Assembly: GCA_964458545.1 (NCBI GenBank)
Contig: CAYWJF010000002.1
Coordinates: forward strand, 3,504 to 59,439
Reading direction: 5' to 3'
Source: an uncultured Oscillospiraceae bacterium
GTDB lineage: Bacteria; Bacillota; Clostridia; Oscillospirales; Ruminococcaceae
DNA length: 55,936 bases
The notes beneath the pieces are model-generated. The model saw only the letters and a program-made list of their open reading frames with translations. It did no database searches and was not told where the DNA came from. This document shows positions 45,245 through 55,700 of the stretch, in pieces (the first letter of the stretch is position 1; each line of letters opens with the position of its first letter). A program made the position numbers and the translations under genes.

Positions 45245-46729
45245 ATGAAGTTGAAAGAAAGTGAGCCAATGGAAAAGCTAAAGGTAGGTCTGCTTAACGA
45301 TTCCTTCCCGCCCGCTATCGACGGCGTTGCGAACGTTACGGTAAACTACGCTAAAATTATAAATTCCGAGTACGGCGAAGCTGTTGTGGCTACGCCGTTC
45401 TATCCCGACGTCACCGACAACTATCCGTTCAAGGTGTATCGCTACCCCAGCATCTATGTAAGCGACCAGATTGGCTACCGTGCGGGTTACCCGTTCGATG
45501 TTAAGGTGCTATATCAGCTCGAAAGGGAAGGGCTCGATATTATTCATACCCATTGTCCTTTCGTTTCTACAGTGCTCGCGCGTATGCTTCGCAGTATTAC
45601 GGGTACGCCTATTGTTTTCACCTACCACACAAAATTCGATATTGATATTGAAAAAGCTTTAGCGAGCGATTCTCTGCGCCGCGCGTCCATTAAGTTTATT
45701 GTAAGTAACATTAGCGCCTGTGACGACGTTTGGGTGGTAAGCGAGGGCGCGGGTGAAAACCTCCGAAGTCTCGGCTATAAAGGCGAATATACCGTTATGG
45801 AGAACGGCGTGGACTTTAAGCTCGGGCGTTCGCCAAAAGAGCGGGTGGACGCGCTTCGCGAAAGCTACGGTATCGGCGAGGATGAAACGGTATTCCTATT
45901 TGTCGGACGAATGATGTGGTATAAGGGCGTTCAGCTTTCGCTTGACGGACTTAAGCGAATAAAGGAAAAGGGAAAAAGGTTTCGTTTCTTCCTTGTCGGT
46001 GACGGCGTTGACGCGAAGGATATAAAGGAATACGTTAAAAAAATAGGGCTTGAGGAAAATTGCGTTTTCACGGGCTCGGTGCTGGACCGCGAGCTGCTTC
46101 GCGACTATTTCACTATGGCGGACCTCTTCTTGTTCCCCTCCACCTTCGACACCAACGGCATAGTTGTCCGCGAGGCGGCGGCGTGCTATTGTCCGAGCTT
46201 ATTAATAAAGGGAAGCTGCGCCGCCGAGGGGATAGAGGACGGCGTGACGGGCTTAATTATTCCCGCGTCGGTGGACGGTATGGAGCTTGCGCTTCAAAGC
46301 GCCTGCGAAGATAGGCAGAAGCTTAAAGAGATAGGCGAGAACGCCGCGGAAAAGATATATATTTCGTGGGAGGACGCGCTGAAAAAGGTAACCGCCCGCT
46401 ACCGCGAGATTATCGCCCGCAATAAGGTTATCAGCAACCCGCCCGCGCTTCAGGAGGATATCAACGCCGCTATCGAGCTACTGAACGTACGATATAACGA
46501 GAACAAGGATTTAATTCAGGAGCTTATCTGGGACACCCGCGACTGGATACAAAAGCTCGGTCTCGGCGACGAGAGCTTCACTAAGGTTTCGCGCGAGTTT
46601 GTGGACTTAGCGAAGGAAAGGATAGAAACCGTGGTCGAGCGCGACGGACGAAGACGAAAGATTATAACAGGAATAAAGAAAAACAGACGCGCCGAGCGAA
46701 AGGCACAACGCAAGGGGCAGGATTTATAA
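45245..46729 (+). CDS. GT4-family (GT-B) glycosyltransferase with a ~110-aa basic C-terminal extension; possibly a glycolipid synthase.
   Basis: N-terminus KVGLLNDSFPPAIDGVANV and the FPSTFDTNGIVVREAAACYCP E-x7-E-like region. The start may be ATG 45269. Confidence 0.7.
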   Translation: MKLKESEPMEKLKVGLLNDSFPPAIDGVANVTVNYAKIINSEYGEAVVATPFYPDVTDNYPFKVYRYPSIYVSDQIGYRAGYPFDVKVLYQLEREGLDIIHTHCPFVSTVLARMLRSITGTPIVFTYHTKFDIDIEKALASDSLRRASIKFIVSNISACDDVWVVSEGAGENLRSLGYKGEYTVMENGVDFKLGRSPKERVDALRESYGIGEDETVFLFVGRMMWYKGVQLSLDGLKRIKEKGKRFRFFLVGDGVDAKDIKEYVKKIGLEENCVFTGSVLDRELLRDYFTMADLFLFPSTFDTNGIVVREAAACYCPSLLIKGSCAAEGIEDGVTGLIIPASVDGMELALQSACEDRQKLKEIGENAAEKIYISWEDALKKVTARYREIIARNKVISNPPALQEDINAAIELLNVRYNENKDLIQELIWDTRDWIQKLGLGDESFTKVSREFVDLAKERIETVVERDGRRRKIITGIKKNRRAERKAQRKGQDL

Positions 46730-46736
46730 CCAAAAT

Positions 46737-46766
46737 AAAAAGAACGGACAAAAGTCCGTTCTTTTC
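46737..46766. terminator. Bidirectional terminator between the GT4 and COG2426-like genes.
   Basis: AGAACGGAC-aaaa-GTCCGTTCT with A-rich and T-rich flanks. Confidence 0.7.
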
Positions 46767-46784
46767 TTGTTAAGTAAAGTAACT

Positions 46785-47297
46785 TTAGAAAAACTTGAAT
46801 TCGGTAATGCCGCTGAAGCCGAACAACTCGCCGACCACGCCGCCGACAAAGACGGAAAGCAGAAGCATTATTATGCCCGCCGCGACCACGCCGCAGAATA
46901 TCATAGGGAGAGCTTTTTTCCAGTTCATCTGCAAAATGGCGGCGATAAGCGAGCCCGTCCACGCGCCAGTGCCGGGAAGTGGGATAGCGACGAATAGGAA
47001 GAGCGCTAAAAGCTCGCCCTTTTGGAACTTCTCCGATTTTGCCTTCTCGGTAGCCTTATCAATTATCTTTTGGAAAAAGCCGCCTATCTTAGGAATTTTT
47101 GCGCACCACAGCAATACCTTTTGAGCGAAGAAGATAATAAACGGCGCGGGGATAATGTTACCAATGACACAAACGATATATGTAGGTATAAGCGGCAGAC
47201 CCGCGGCAACGCCGACGGGAATAGCTCCGCGAAGCTCCACGATAGGGAGCATTGATATCAGAAAAACGTAGATATACTGTTCGATAATCTCTTTCAA
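46785..47297 (-). CDS. Small multidrug-export-like membrane protein (COG2426 / Sm_multidrug_ex).
   Basis: ISMLPIVELRGAIPVG motif, 4-5 TM. TTG 47297 lies 5 nt after AAGGAGA and is preferred over the track's 47336. Confidence 0.65.
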   Translation of the reverse strand: MKEIIEQYIYVFLISMLPIVELRGAIPVGVAAGLPLIPTYIVCVIGNIIPAPFIIFFAQKVLLWCAKIPKIGGFFQKIIDKATEKAKSEKFQKGELLALFLFVAIPLPGTGAWTGSLIAAILQMNWKKALPMIFCGVVAAGIIMLLLSVFVGGVVGELFGFSGITEFKFF

Positions 47298-47366
47298 AAC
47301 GGTTCTCCTTAATGGAATTCCGTAACAGTATATCATAAATCATTTTTTAGTTCAATTAATTTGCGA

Positions 47367-49706
47367 CTATTCGCGAACGGGCTTCTCTATCTTCGCCACA
47401 ATAACCGTAACGTCGTCTCTGCGGCTTGCGTGAACCCGCGCTTGCTCTATTAGAGCGGCGCAGATTTCCTTAGCTTTATATGGATACATATTTTTAAGCG
47501 TCTGCTCGATATACGGCTCGTCAGACTGCTCCGCGCCGTCACTTGTCATAACTATAATATCGTCCTGTGAAAGCGCCGTTGAGGTTTCCTTGCAGCTTAC
47601 CGTATTGAGTATGCCAACGGGTAACGTCTTGCCCTCGATTTTTCTTATTTTGTTGCTATGTAGAAAATATGTCGGCGCGGCTCCCGCTTTAAATAGTGTC
47701 GCTTCGCCCGTAAAAACGTTAATGCTCAGTGCGTCGAGGGTGCTTGCCGTTTCGCTGTCCTCACGCATGGCAAGCGCCGTGTTCGCAAGCTCCGCCGCTC
47801 GCTTCACCCTAAACCCGCTCTCTAAAAGCCGCTTTAGAAACGCGCAGCACAGCGCGCCGTCACGCGCGGCGCTCTGCCCCGTGCCCATACCGTCTGACAT
47901 AACGATATGCAGATTGAATTTGCTGTCAGAGAATATACTAAGCACGTCGCCGCAAAGGCTGTCGTCGGCGCTAATCTGCGCGGAGGCGGTGTCTACGGTG
48001 TAGGACGGGCACTCGGTAAAGCTAAGCGATACGCTTCCGTTCGCCTGCTCAATATTCGGCGTGCTGAGTGTCACGCCCGCTATTATGCTTATTCCCGCCG
48101 TAAGCCGCTTAATGAGCCCGTCGGGTATTCCGTCGGAAAGGGTGACGGTAATAAGCGGGCGGTGGTCCTTGTCATAGATGCACCCAGCCGTCTCTACGGG
48201 AAGCCCCAGACGTACGGCGCAGTCGTAGATGCGCTTGCTTTTTTCCTCGTCCCAGTCGTGTAGCGCCGTCAACTCCTCTCGCGCCGAGGCGAGCATTTCG
48301 CTCACGGCGGAAAACTGCTTTTTAAGAAGACTTTTATATAGCTGGGTGGTTTTTATCCTGTTTACGCTTTGGATATGCTCCTCATACTTCATTGTAATCT
48401 CTCTGCAAAGCGACGCGGCGTTGACGCAGCGTGACTTAAGCGGGGAGGTCAAATCATTCCTTGTTACCTCGCTTTTAGAAATTAGTATGGGAATAAGCTT
48501 ATTCAGCGCGTCCGCTGTCTCGTTATAGCATTTCACCCAGCAGTAGGACATAATAGGGCAGCTTCGGCAGAGCTTGTCCACGGTGGAGTTTAAAAGCTGC
48601 TCGGCGTTGAGCCGCTCGTCGCGTATCTTTACCGTTTTATCCAGAAGGGTGGTTATGTCCTGCATAGAGGTCGAAATGCTGTCCAGCTTGTAGCTGACCG
48701 CCGACGTTGCGCTTATTACACCCTCGTTTGCGCGTGAAAATCTGGTTTCGTTTACATACTTTACGGGAATAACGAGGAAGATGAGCGAGGCGAACATAAC
48801 CTCGGCGGTATAGGTCAGCGAATAGATATAATCGCTTGAACAGAAAGCAAAAACGAGTGAGGAGATAGTGAAGATTACGCAGAGCAGTACGCGGCTTCTC
48901 TTTTTAAACAGCGAAGCGAGCGCGCCCGCTATACAAACTCCAGCCGACGCGAAGGCAAAGGAGGGCTCTTGAATAATGAAGGCGGCGGCGACCGACGCGA
49001 AAACCGCGGCTTGTAAGGGCTCAGACAGAAGATACGCCGCAAAGATGCAAAGCGCGGTGCCCGCGAGCCTTCCGAGCGAGAAGGGTCCTATCCCCATAGG
49101 GTACAGCGCCATTACAGCCGAACAGAGCACCAACGCAAGGCTCGCCTTCTGTACGCTTGTAAGCTCGGCGAGAGTACGCCGTTTTTTAAAGGTATCAAAC
49201 ACCGTGCGGTAGAAGTAGGAATAGCCGCCCGCTATAGCAAGTCCACCCACTAAGGTAAGCGCCGCAGCGCCGGTTGCCGACATAGTAAGCGCCATTACCG
49301 AAAGCTCACTTACCGCGACGGAAAGAAGCCCCGCAATAAGGCAGGGCAGGTAGTTGCTGCGTTTGTAGCTGCTTTTAAGTGCCGCGCCGATTATCCAGCG
49401 TGTCGCGGCGACGACCCCAGCCGCCGCGACATAGGTCGCGCCCATAGTAAGGTCCGCGCCCGCGAAGCTGCCAACCACAAAGCCCGCGAGCGCCGAAAGC
49501 GCAAAGCGGTCGCTTGCGCCGATAATAAGCGCAAGTCCGAAGGGATACGCGCCGCCAAAAATACTTATTGAGGAAAGCTTTACCGAAAAGAAAAAGACTA
49601 TTAGCTGAAATGCGAGCTTTTTTAATAGCGGCACTAAGCTTTGCTTTGTAACCGCCGATTTTATGTATTCAGCCGCGTTTTGAACCACCTTGTTTACATT
49701 TTCCAT
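47367..49706 (-). CDS. spoIIE: Stage II sporulation protein E (polytopic membrane PP2C phosphatase).
   Basis: About 10 N-terminal TM segments, a central regulator domain, and a C-terminal PP2C with CGDVLSIF, MSDGMGTG, MTSDG and DDVTVIVAKI. Confidence 0.9.
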   Translation of the reverse strand: MENVNKVVQNAAEYIKSAVTKQSLVPLLKKLAFQLIVFFFSVKLSSISIFGGAYPFGLALIIGASDRFALSALAGFVVGSFAGADLTMGATYVAAAGVVAATRWIIGAALKSSYKRSNYLPCLIAGLLSVAVSELSVMALTMSATGAAALTLVGGLAIAGGYSYFYRTVFDTFKKRRTLAELTSVQKASLALVLCSAVMALYPMGIGPFSLGRLAGTALCIFAAYLLSEPLQAAVFASVAAAFIIQEPSFAFASAGVCIAGALASLFKKRSRVLLCVIFTISSLVFAFCSSDYIYSLTYTAEVMFASLIFLVIPVKYVNETRFSRANEGVISATSAVSYKLDSISTSMQDITTLLDKTVKIRDERLNAEQLLNSTVDKLCRSCPIMSYCWVKCYNETADALNKLIPILISKSEVTRNDLTSPLKSRCVNAASLCREITMKYEEHIQSVNRIKTTQLYKSLLKKQFSAVSEMLASAREELTALHDWDEEKSKRIYDCAVRLGLPVETAGCIYDKDHRPLITVTLSDGIPDGLIKRLTAGISIIAGVTLSTPNIEQANGSVSLSFTECPSYTVDTASAQISADDSLCGDVLSIFSDSKFNLHIVMSDGMGTGQSAARDGALCCAFLKRLLESGFRVKRAAELANTALAMREDSETASTLDALSINVFTGEATLFKAGAAPTYFLHSNKIRKIEGKTLPVGILNTVSCKETSTALSQDDIIVMTSDGAEQSDEPYIEQTLKNMYPYKAKEICAALIEQARVHASRRDDVTVIVAKIEKPVRE

Positions 49707-49955
49707 ACTGTCCCACCTGCCGTTTTTTATGATTATACTATCCGTATAGAGATGTCGGCGTCGTAAACGGGGAGTAGAAAAGTAAGCCTTTTTGTAAACA
49801 AAAAAGCGGTTGTCGGTTTTGCCGTCAGAAAATTAATATCTTGGTTGCTTTTTACGCGCGTTTGTCGGGCAAAACCACTATGATATCGATAAAGCAATTT
49901 GTTCTTCTTCGCGGCGAGCGGTTGTGCTATTATATATGAAAAGGGAGGGCGGCGA

Positions 49956-50189
49956 ATGAGTAAATACAGCGCTCTATTTGAGCGTATAGCGAAAAGCGAA
50001 AATGACAGAGAGAAGCTCTCTTTTTCTGAGATAGAAAAGCTTGGCGGCGTGCCGTTTGACCACTCCTTCCTCAACGCAAAGAAGGAGCTTGAGCAATTGG
50101 GCTGGCGGGTAAAGAAGATATCGCTGAAGGAAGAGACGGTTGTCTTTGAAAAGTTAGAGAAGGAGCCGACAGGACAGAGAAAAGAATGA
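49956..50189 (+). CDS. Small cytoplasmic protein (77 aa) of unknown function.
   Basis: ATG 49956 after GGGAGGG. Pattern KLSFSEIEKLGGVPFDHSF...LGWRVKKISLKEETVVFEKL. ATGA overlap with the downstream GNAT. Confidence 0.55.
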   Translation: MSKYSALFERIAKSENDREKLSFSEIEKLGGVPFDHSFLNAKKELEQLGWRVKKISLKEETVVFEKLEKEPTGQRKE

Positions 50190-50641
50190 AAGCAGGAATT
50201 AGAAAGATGGGGCGCGGCGATAAAGCCGCGGTTATAGAGCTAATGCGCGTCTTTTACACGTCGGACGCGGTGCTTAGCAACGGTTCAGAAGAAATCTTTG
50301 AAAGCGACGTGGAGAGCTGCGTAAACGAAAGCCCTTACCTTGAGGGTTACGTTTTTGAATGCGGCGGAGAAATTGCCGGCTATGCTATGGTAGCGAGAAG
50401 CTTTTCCACCGAGTTCGGGAAGCCCTGTATCTGGATAGAAGACCTCTATTTTGAGAAAGAGCATAGAGGCAAAGGCTTTGGCGGAGAGTTTCTGAATTAT
50501 ATTGAAAAAGAGTATCCCGAATGCGTGCTTCGCCTTGAAGCTGAGGCGAACAACGAGCGGGCGCTCGGCGTATATAAAAGGCACGGCTATAAGGAGCTTC
50601 CGTACCTAGAGCTTATTAAGAAAAACAAGGGAAAAGAGTAA
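50186..50641 (+). CDS. GNAT-family N-acetyltransferase (151 aa).
   Basis: Acetyl-CoA loop FEKEHRGKGFGGEFL and C-terminal LGVYKRHGYKE. Confidence 0.8.
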   Translation: MKAGIRKMGRGDKAAVIELMRVFYTSDAVLSNGSEEIFESDVESCVNESPYLEGYVFECGGEIAGYAMVARSFSTEFGKPCIWIEDLYFEKEHRGKGFGGEFLNYIEKEYPECVLRLEAEANNERALGVYKRHGYKELPYLELIKKNKGKE

Positions 50642-50646
50642 ATAGA

Positions 50647-50671
50647 AAGCAGACCGAGAGGTCTGCTTTTG
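50647..50671 (+). terminator. Intrinsic terminator after the GNAT gene.
   Basis: AGCAGACC-gaga-GGTCTGCT followed by TTTTG. Confidence 0.7.
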
Positions 50672-50782
50672 TGTAAGTTTTATACTTCTATTATTGGTGC
50701 TAATAGCAATAGACCATATAGTAGCTCTTAATGTATAATACTATTATAGGCTGTTAGTCATTTAGGCTTTACGGAGGTGTTT

Positions 50783-51193
50783 ATGACAACTGTAACAAGA
50801 AGGGTACTTGCTTTTGTTACTGCTGTTTTACTTATTTCCGAGGCGGTTTCACCGTGTGTACTTGCGCTGAGCGATACATCTTCCTCTGACGCACAAGCGG
50901 TTGTGGAAGAAACGAAGGAGCCGTCTGAAATATTCGACGAGACGGAGTCTGATGAACATATATCCCAGGAGATTGACCCCAAAGAAGAATTAATTGAGCC
51001 TGTCGAGGATAACCCCGAACAGGAAGAGAGCGAGACGAGCATCACGTCTTTTAGCAACGCAGAAATGTCTAATTCGGCGGTGCAGGCTAAGACGGTAGCC
51101 AATCTCGTTGTTTTCGTGCGGTTTAAGGACGATTTGACCGATGAATTCAACTTGATTGAGTATGAATATGCAAAACCAAAGCGAAGTGTGTAG
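50783..51193 (+). CDS. N-terminal fragment of the giant surface metalloprotease (signal peptide, acidic linker, first M6-domain strand), ending at an in-frame TAG.
   Basis: GGAGG 5 nt before ATG 50783. Signal peptide RRVLAFVTAVLLISEAVSPCVLA. NLVVFVRFKDD lies just before the TAG at 51191-51193. Confidence 0.6.
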   Translation: MTTVTRRVLAFVTAVLLISEAVSPCVLALSDTSSSDAQAVVEETKEPSEIFDETESDEHISQEIDPKEELIEPVEDNPEQEESETSITSFSNAEMSNSAVQAKTVANLVVFVRFKDDLTDEFNLIEYEYAKPKRSV

Positions 51194-53653
51194 ACAAGGG
51201 TAAAGGAGATATATAATTCCACAATTACCACAGCGTCCGATTCGGCATACGACTGTAGCATAGATGAGTCCTTTGTAAAATACATCTTTGAGGTAACCTG
51301 CGGAAAATACAGCGTAGTGAATACCTTTCCACAGGAGTATTCAGAGGACGGAAGGTCTAAAATAGGCTATCTTCAGCTTGACCGCACGCGAGAACAGTTC
51401 GGTGATAACAGCGAGGCGGTTATTGACCAGGTAATAACCGCGTTCAATAACGGAACGCTCACGCTACCCGCGGGTACCACGCTCGATAACCTTGAGGATG
51501 GAGTAGTAGATAACCTGACTATAATCATTCAGGGTGAAGCGGAAGAAGAGGTGGACTCTCTTATGCGTTCGCATAAGGGAACGTCCGCGACTGAAAAAAA
51601 GATAGCCGGTAATTTGGTGCGTACATATAATATTCTTTGCGGAAATGGTGTTAAGAGTGACGGAGCGGGACTTATTGCGCATGAATTTCTACATTCGCTC
51701 GGACTGCCTGACCTTTATCGATATTTCAACGATGGAAACCCCGTAGGTGCGTGGGATATTATGGCGGCGGAGGGCGCGTTTCTTCAGTATCCGCTGTCTT
51801 ATCAGCGGCATGTTATGGGCTGGCTTTCTCTGCCTGAAATTACAGAGAGTGGTGACTACTATCTTTCTGCGCCGCTTACTGAGGGCGGCAATAAAGGCTT
51901 TATTGTCCGTTCACCTATGAATGAGACGGAGTTCTTTGTCGTCGAGTATCGCGAGAAAAACGTTAATGCAGCGTTAAAAGGCTTTGAACAGAAGGTTCCT
52001 GCATCGGGTGTTATAGTCTACAGGGTAAACACATCGGTCGAGGGGCTTACCAACTCCCATGGTAATGACTACATATATGTTTTTCGTGACGGCGAAACAG
52101 GGCTTCACGATTCATACAGTGTCAACAATCAAAATATCATTGAAGCGGCTCTTTCCGCAGGGGAGAGCCGCGGAAGTAGCGATTTTACAAAACCGTTCAG
52201 CGACAACACAGTATTCTATTCTGATGGCTCGAACAGTGGTCTAGTTATTGCTGTTGAAGGCGCCGAAGCGGACGGCAGAATGAAGATATCTGTGCAGTAT
52301 CCGAATTATGCCTCACTCGACTTGTGGAGCAAAGAAAGCGGTGCGGATATAGCGCCTAACGCATCGTACAACTCAATAGCTGACGACGGGCAGGGTAATA
52401 TTTATGTAGCCTATGTCGTGCCGATAGAAGAGGGGTTTAACTGCTACGGTGATGTTCACGTAAAGAAATGGGACGGCGAAGCGTGGAGCGAGCTTGCGAC
52501 GGTCGGTAGCTCAGACGGAATGAAGCCCGAAATAACCTGTTTTGAAGGCGACATATATGTTTCCTATGCCAGTCGTGCTGGAAGCACAGTAATTAAGAAA
52601 TATAATAGTTCGCAGTGGACCTCGGTTTTCACTGCGGAGGATACATATTCAACGGCACAGCTTTCCGCAGACAAAAACTCAATCTTTGCCGTTTATGCGA
52701 ACGGTGATTCATCGACTCTCAACTTAATAAAGCTAAATGCCGCAAAAACTGCGTTCTCGTTGGTTGCGAGCAAAACAGGACAGCGTTTCGCGAAACCCGC
52801 GCTTTCGGTATATAAGGGATATGCGTTACTAGTATCTTGTGATGTGTTTGCTTCTTCTCCAACGCAAATTGAGCTTTATAATGAACGCTGGATAACGCTT
52901 AGTCAGCACACATTAGCAAGCGTGCTGGACGTTGCGGTAAGTGGCGATAACATTTGGGTTTTCGCCAAGCCTTCCATGAATGACTCGGCAACGATTAAGC
53001 ATTATGATGGCGAACAGTGGCTAAGTGACATCACTTTCGCCGCTGGTGGCTCGTATACTGAATACGCATTAGGAGTTTATGCTAATACTCCCGTGGTAAT
53101 GGCATGTCCGAGCGACACTTGTAAAGTTTTTGCACAGGAGAGCGGCGTTTTCACACAAAAGGGCTTTATGGTGAGAAGCGGTGCGGCGTCAGCCGATATG
53201 GTGATAAGCGGCGGCACTGCCTGCGTTTCCGCAAACGGCGAGAACGGTGCGCTTGCGCTGTACAGCAAGTTTTTGGTGCCTCCGGCAGAAGCGGATTCAA
53301 TAAATATTGCAGAGGGCCCGATTTACCTAAAATCGGAGAATGACGCGCTGTTTTACAGTCGGGATAACGTCTCATGGACCGAATACAGCGGTGAACTTAA
53401 GATAAGCGGATATTCCACATCAAACGCTATTTCCTCACAAAGTGGTGAACACACGCTGAAATTTTCCAATTTGATTATTGATGCGCGTTTCTTTGGCGGA
53501 AAAGCACCCGTTGAGATAATCGGAGGCTCTAAACTTAATATTACGCTGTCTGGTACAAACAAACTGTTAGCAGGCAGCGGCAGAGCTGGATTAGAAGTGA
53601 ATAATGGATACCTTGTTATAAATGGAACGTTATCGGACAGTTTGAGCGTAGAA

Positions 53654-54110
53654 GGAAAGGACGGCGCAGGTATAGGCGGCGGCAGAAATTATGAATCTGC
53701 CAATATAACCATTAACGGCGGAAGAATTACAGCGACGGCGGGCAACGGCGCAGGTATAGGCGGCGGACCCTCCGTAAGTCGTAATGGAAGAACAACAGTT
53801 GTAATAAACGGCGGCTACCTTGAAGCTACGGGGAAAAATTCGGGTAGCGGTATAGGCGCGGGCGGCGCGTCGGCATACAAATCGGCGGTTACAATAAACG
53901 GCGGATATATAAACGCAAAGGGTGGCGCTTACGCTTGCGGCATAGGCGCATCATATTGGGTTAACACCACCGAATCCTGTGACATAACGATAAACGCGGG
54001 GACGATAACGGCGCTTTCGAGCGACGAGTATAAGAAGTACGCGGACATTTCCTGCGGTGAAATCGGCAGTGTTGTTATTAACGGCGGCAATGTTTCAGGA
54101 TTGCTGTTGG
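53654..54110 (+). repeat. Coding tandem imperfect repeats (about 5 units) of consensus (V/I)x(I)NGGx(I/L)xAxGxxxGxGIGGG.
   Basis: ITINGGRITATAGNGAGIGGG / VVINGGYLEATGKNSGSGIGAGG / VTINGGYINAKGGAYACGIGAS / ITINAGTITAL / VVINGGNVSG, from hand translation. Confidence 0.7.
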
Positions 54111-54777
54111 ATAATGTCAGCGGAACATCGGGTTTGCAGACGCAAGAGGTACATAGGCTGACAATTACTGCGTTCAACGCGGCTGACGACGCCGCAGTTT
54201 CTTCACTTTTAATAAACGATATTGTTAATGGAATTTTTACCTACTCCAGTAAGGATATGGCGTTGGCGGACGCGGAAATGAACATATACCTTCCTGTCGG
54301 CAGATATTCGGTTACCGCGATGGTAGATGGCGTCGCATTTGAGGGCGAGGCTATGGTAAGCGATAAGTCCGTAAACACCGCAGTTATTTGCGACGAAACA
54401 GCGGAGTTTCAGACAGTAGACAACCCTGTGCTAAACATTGCAGACGATTCAATAGAAATCTTCGGCTCTAACGACACAACGGCTTACTATAAAACTGGCG
54501 ATTTAATTAAGATATATACGGGTACGCTTACAGTTGGTGGAACGTCAAATCAGAACACCGTCAGCGTTATGGGTGGCACGCATGAGTTAAGCATTAAGAA
54601 TTTATCGATAGCCATTCCTTCGACTAAATCTGAATCACCCATAGCTCTTTTCCGCGGGTCAATTGTTGTTCTAAAAATAAGCGGGACAAACTCGTTGACA
54701 GCGGGATATCGCAGAGCCGCGATTGAGACAAATAATACATCAAAGGTTAGCATATTTGGAACAACGGCAGATATATT

Positions 54778-55700
54778 GAACGCTAACGGTGGAGACGGAG
54801 CGGCGGGAATTGGTGGTAGCGGGTATCACAATGGCGAATTTGTTTCAAGAGACGGTAGAGTTGATATTCACGGTGGAAAGATAATTGCAAAAGGAAGCGA
54901 GTATGGCGCTTGTATCGGCGGCGGTGGTGTCAGTTACGGACAAGAATCGGGACAGCAAGGCGCGGGATACATTAATATTTATGGCGGTAGTATTATTGCT
55001 GACGAAGGAAGCGGCTATGGTTCAAGTGCGGCAGGAATCGGCGGCGGTGCATACGGAGGTAACGGTGTAGCGCCTAAAACTGGTGACGGATATGTTCTTA
55101 TTAACGGTGGTACTATTGTTGCGCGTTCGAGTTTAGGTGCATCGCTTGGTGGCGGTAGTGGTGGTGATGGATATGTAACCATTAACGGAGGAAATGTTAC
55201 TGCTGATTCAACAGTTGCGTTCCAAGGCGGCGCTGGCATAGGCGGCGGAATATATGGAAGCGGCTTCGTCGAAATTAACGGCGGCAAGGTGAGCGCAGTT
55301 TCTCGGTTAGGTGCTTGCATAGGGAGCGGTGGAAATACTGATGACCCAAGTGAGGTTATTATTACCGGCGGCGAAGTATCGGTGGATATGACAAAGGTGC
55401 GTCTGGCTGGCTGGCCGCAAGGCTCGGCGATAGGTGGCTGTTGGTATGACCCAAATACGACATATGAGAAAAGCGAAGAACGCGGACTGGTAGAAATCAC
55501 AGGCGGTACGATTAATGTCATCGGAAACAGTTCGGGTATCGGAGGGCTAAATTACGATATAATAATATCAGGTGGAAGCATTACCGCTGAATGCCTATTT
55601 AATGAACACGGAGCTATAGGTGGCCCATATTCTACAGTTACAATAGAAGGCGGTAACGTCAGAACCTCAAAGGCAAAAACCGGCAAGACACAGTCGATTT
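54778..55700 (+). repeat. Second block of the same Gly-rich repeat (10 or more units).
   Basis: VDIHGGKIIAKGSEYGACIGGGG / INIYGGSIIADEG...AAGIGGGA / VLINGGTIVARSSLGASLGGG / VTINGGNVTADS...GAGIGGG / VEINGGKVSAVSRLGACIGSGG / VIITGGEVSV / VEITGGTINVIGNSSGIGG / IIISGGSITAE / VTIEGGNVRT. Confidence 0.7.

Noticed and set aside
51191-51193. TAG read as a sense codon (pyrrolysine or an alternative genetic code).
   Set aside because: TAG clearly terminates several well-defined genes in the same window: the response regulator (3784-3786), prmC (7042-7044), rimO (10243-10245) and sleC-like (45199-45201). No pyl genes are visible. A genome-wide recoding explanation is therefore rejected. A local nonsense mutation, sequencing error or rare readthrough remains possible.
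55015-55521. 168-aa Pro-rich ORF on the minus strand.
   Set aside because: It is the reverse complement of the GGN-rich Gly repeats of the giant + strand gene (GGC/GGT read as Pro/Ala/Thr codons). It is an artefact of the repeat.
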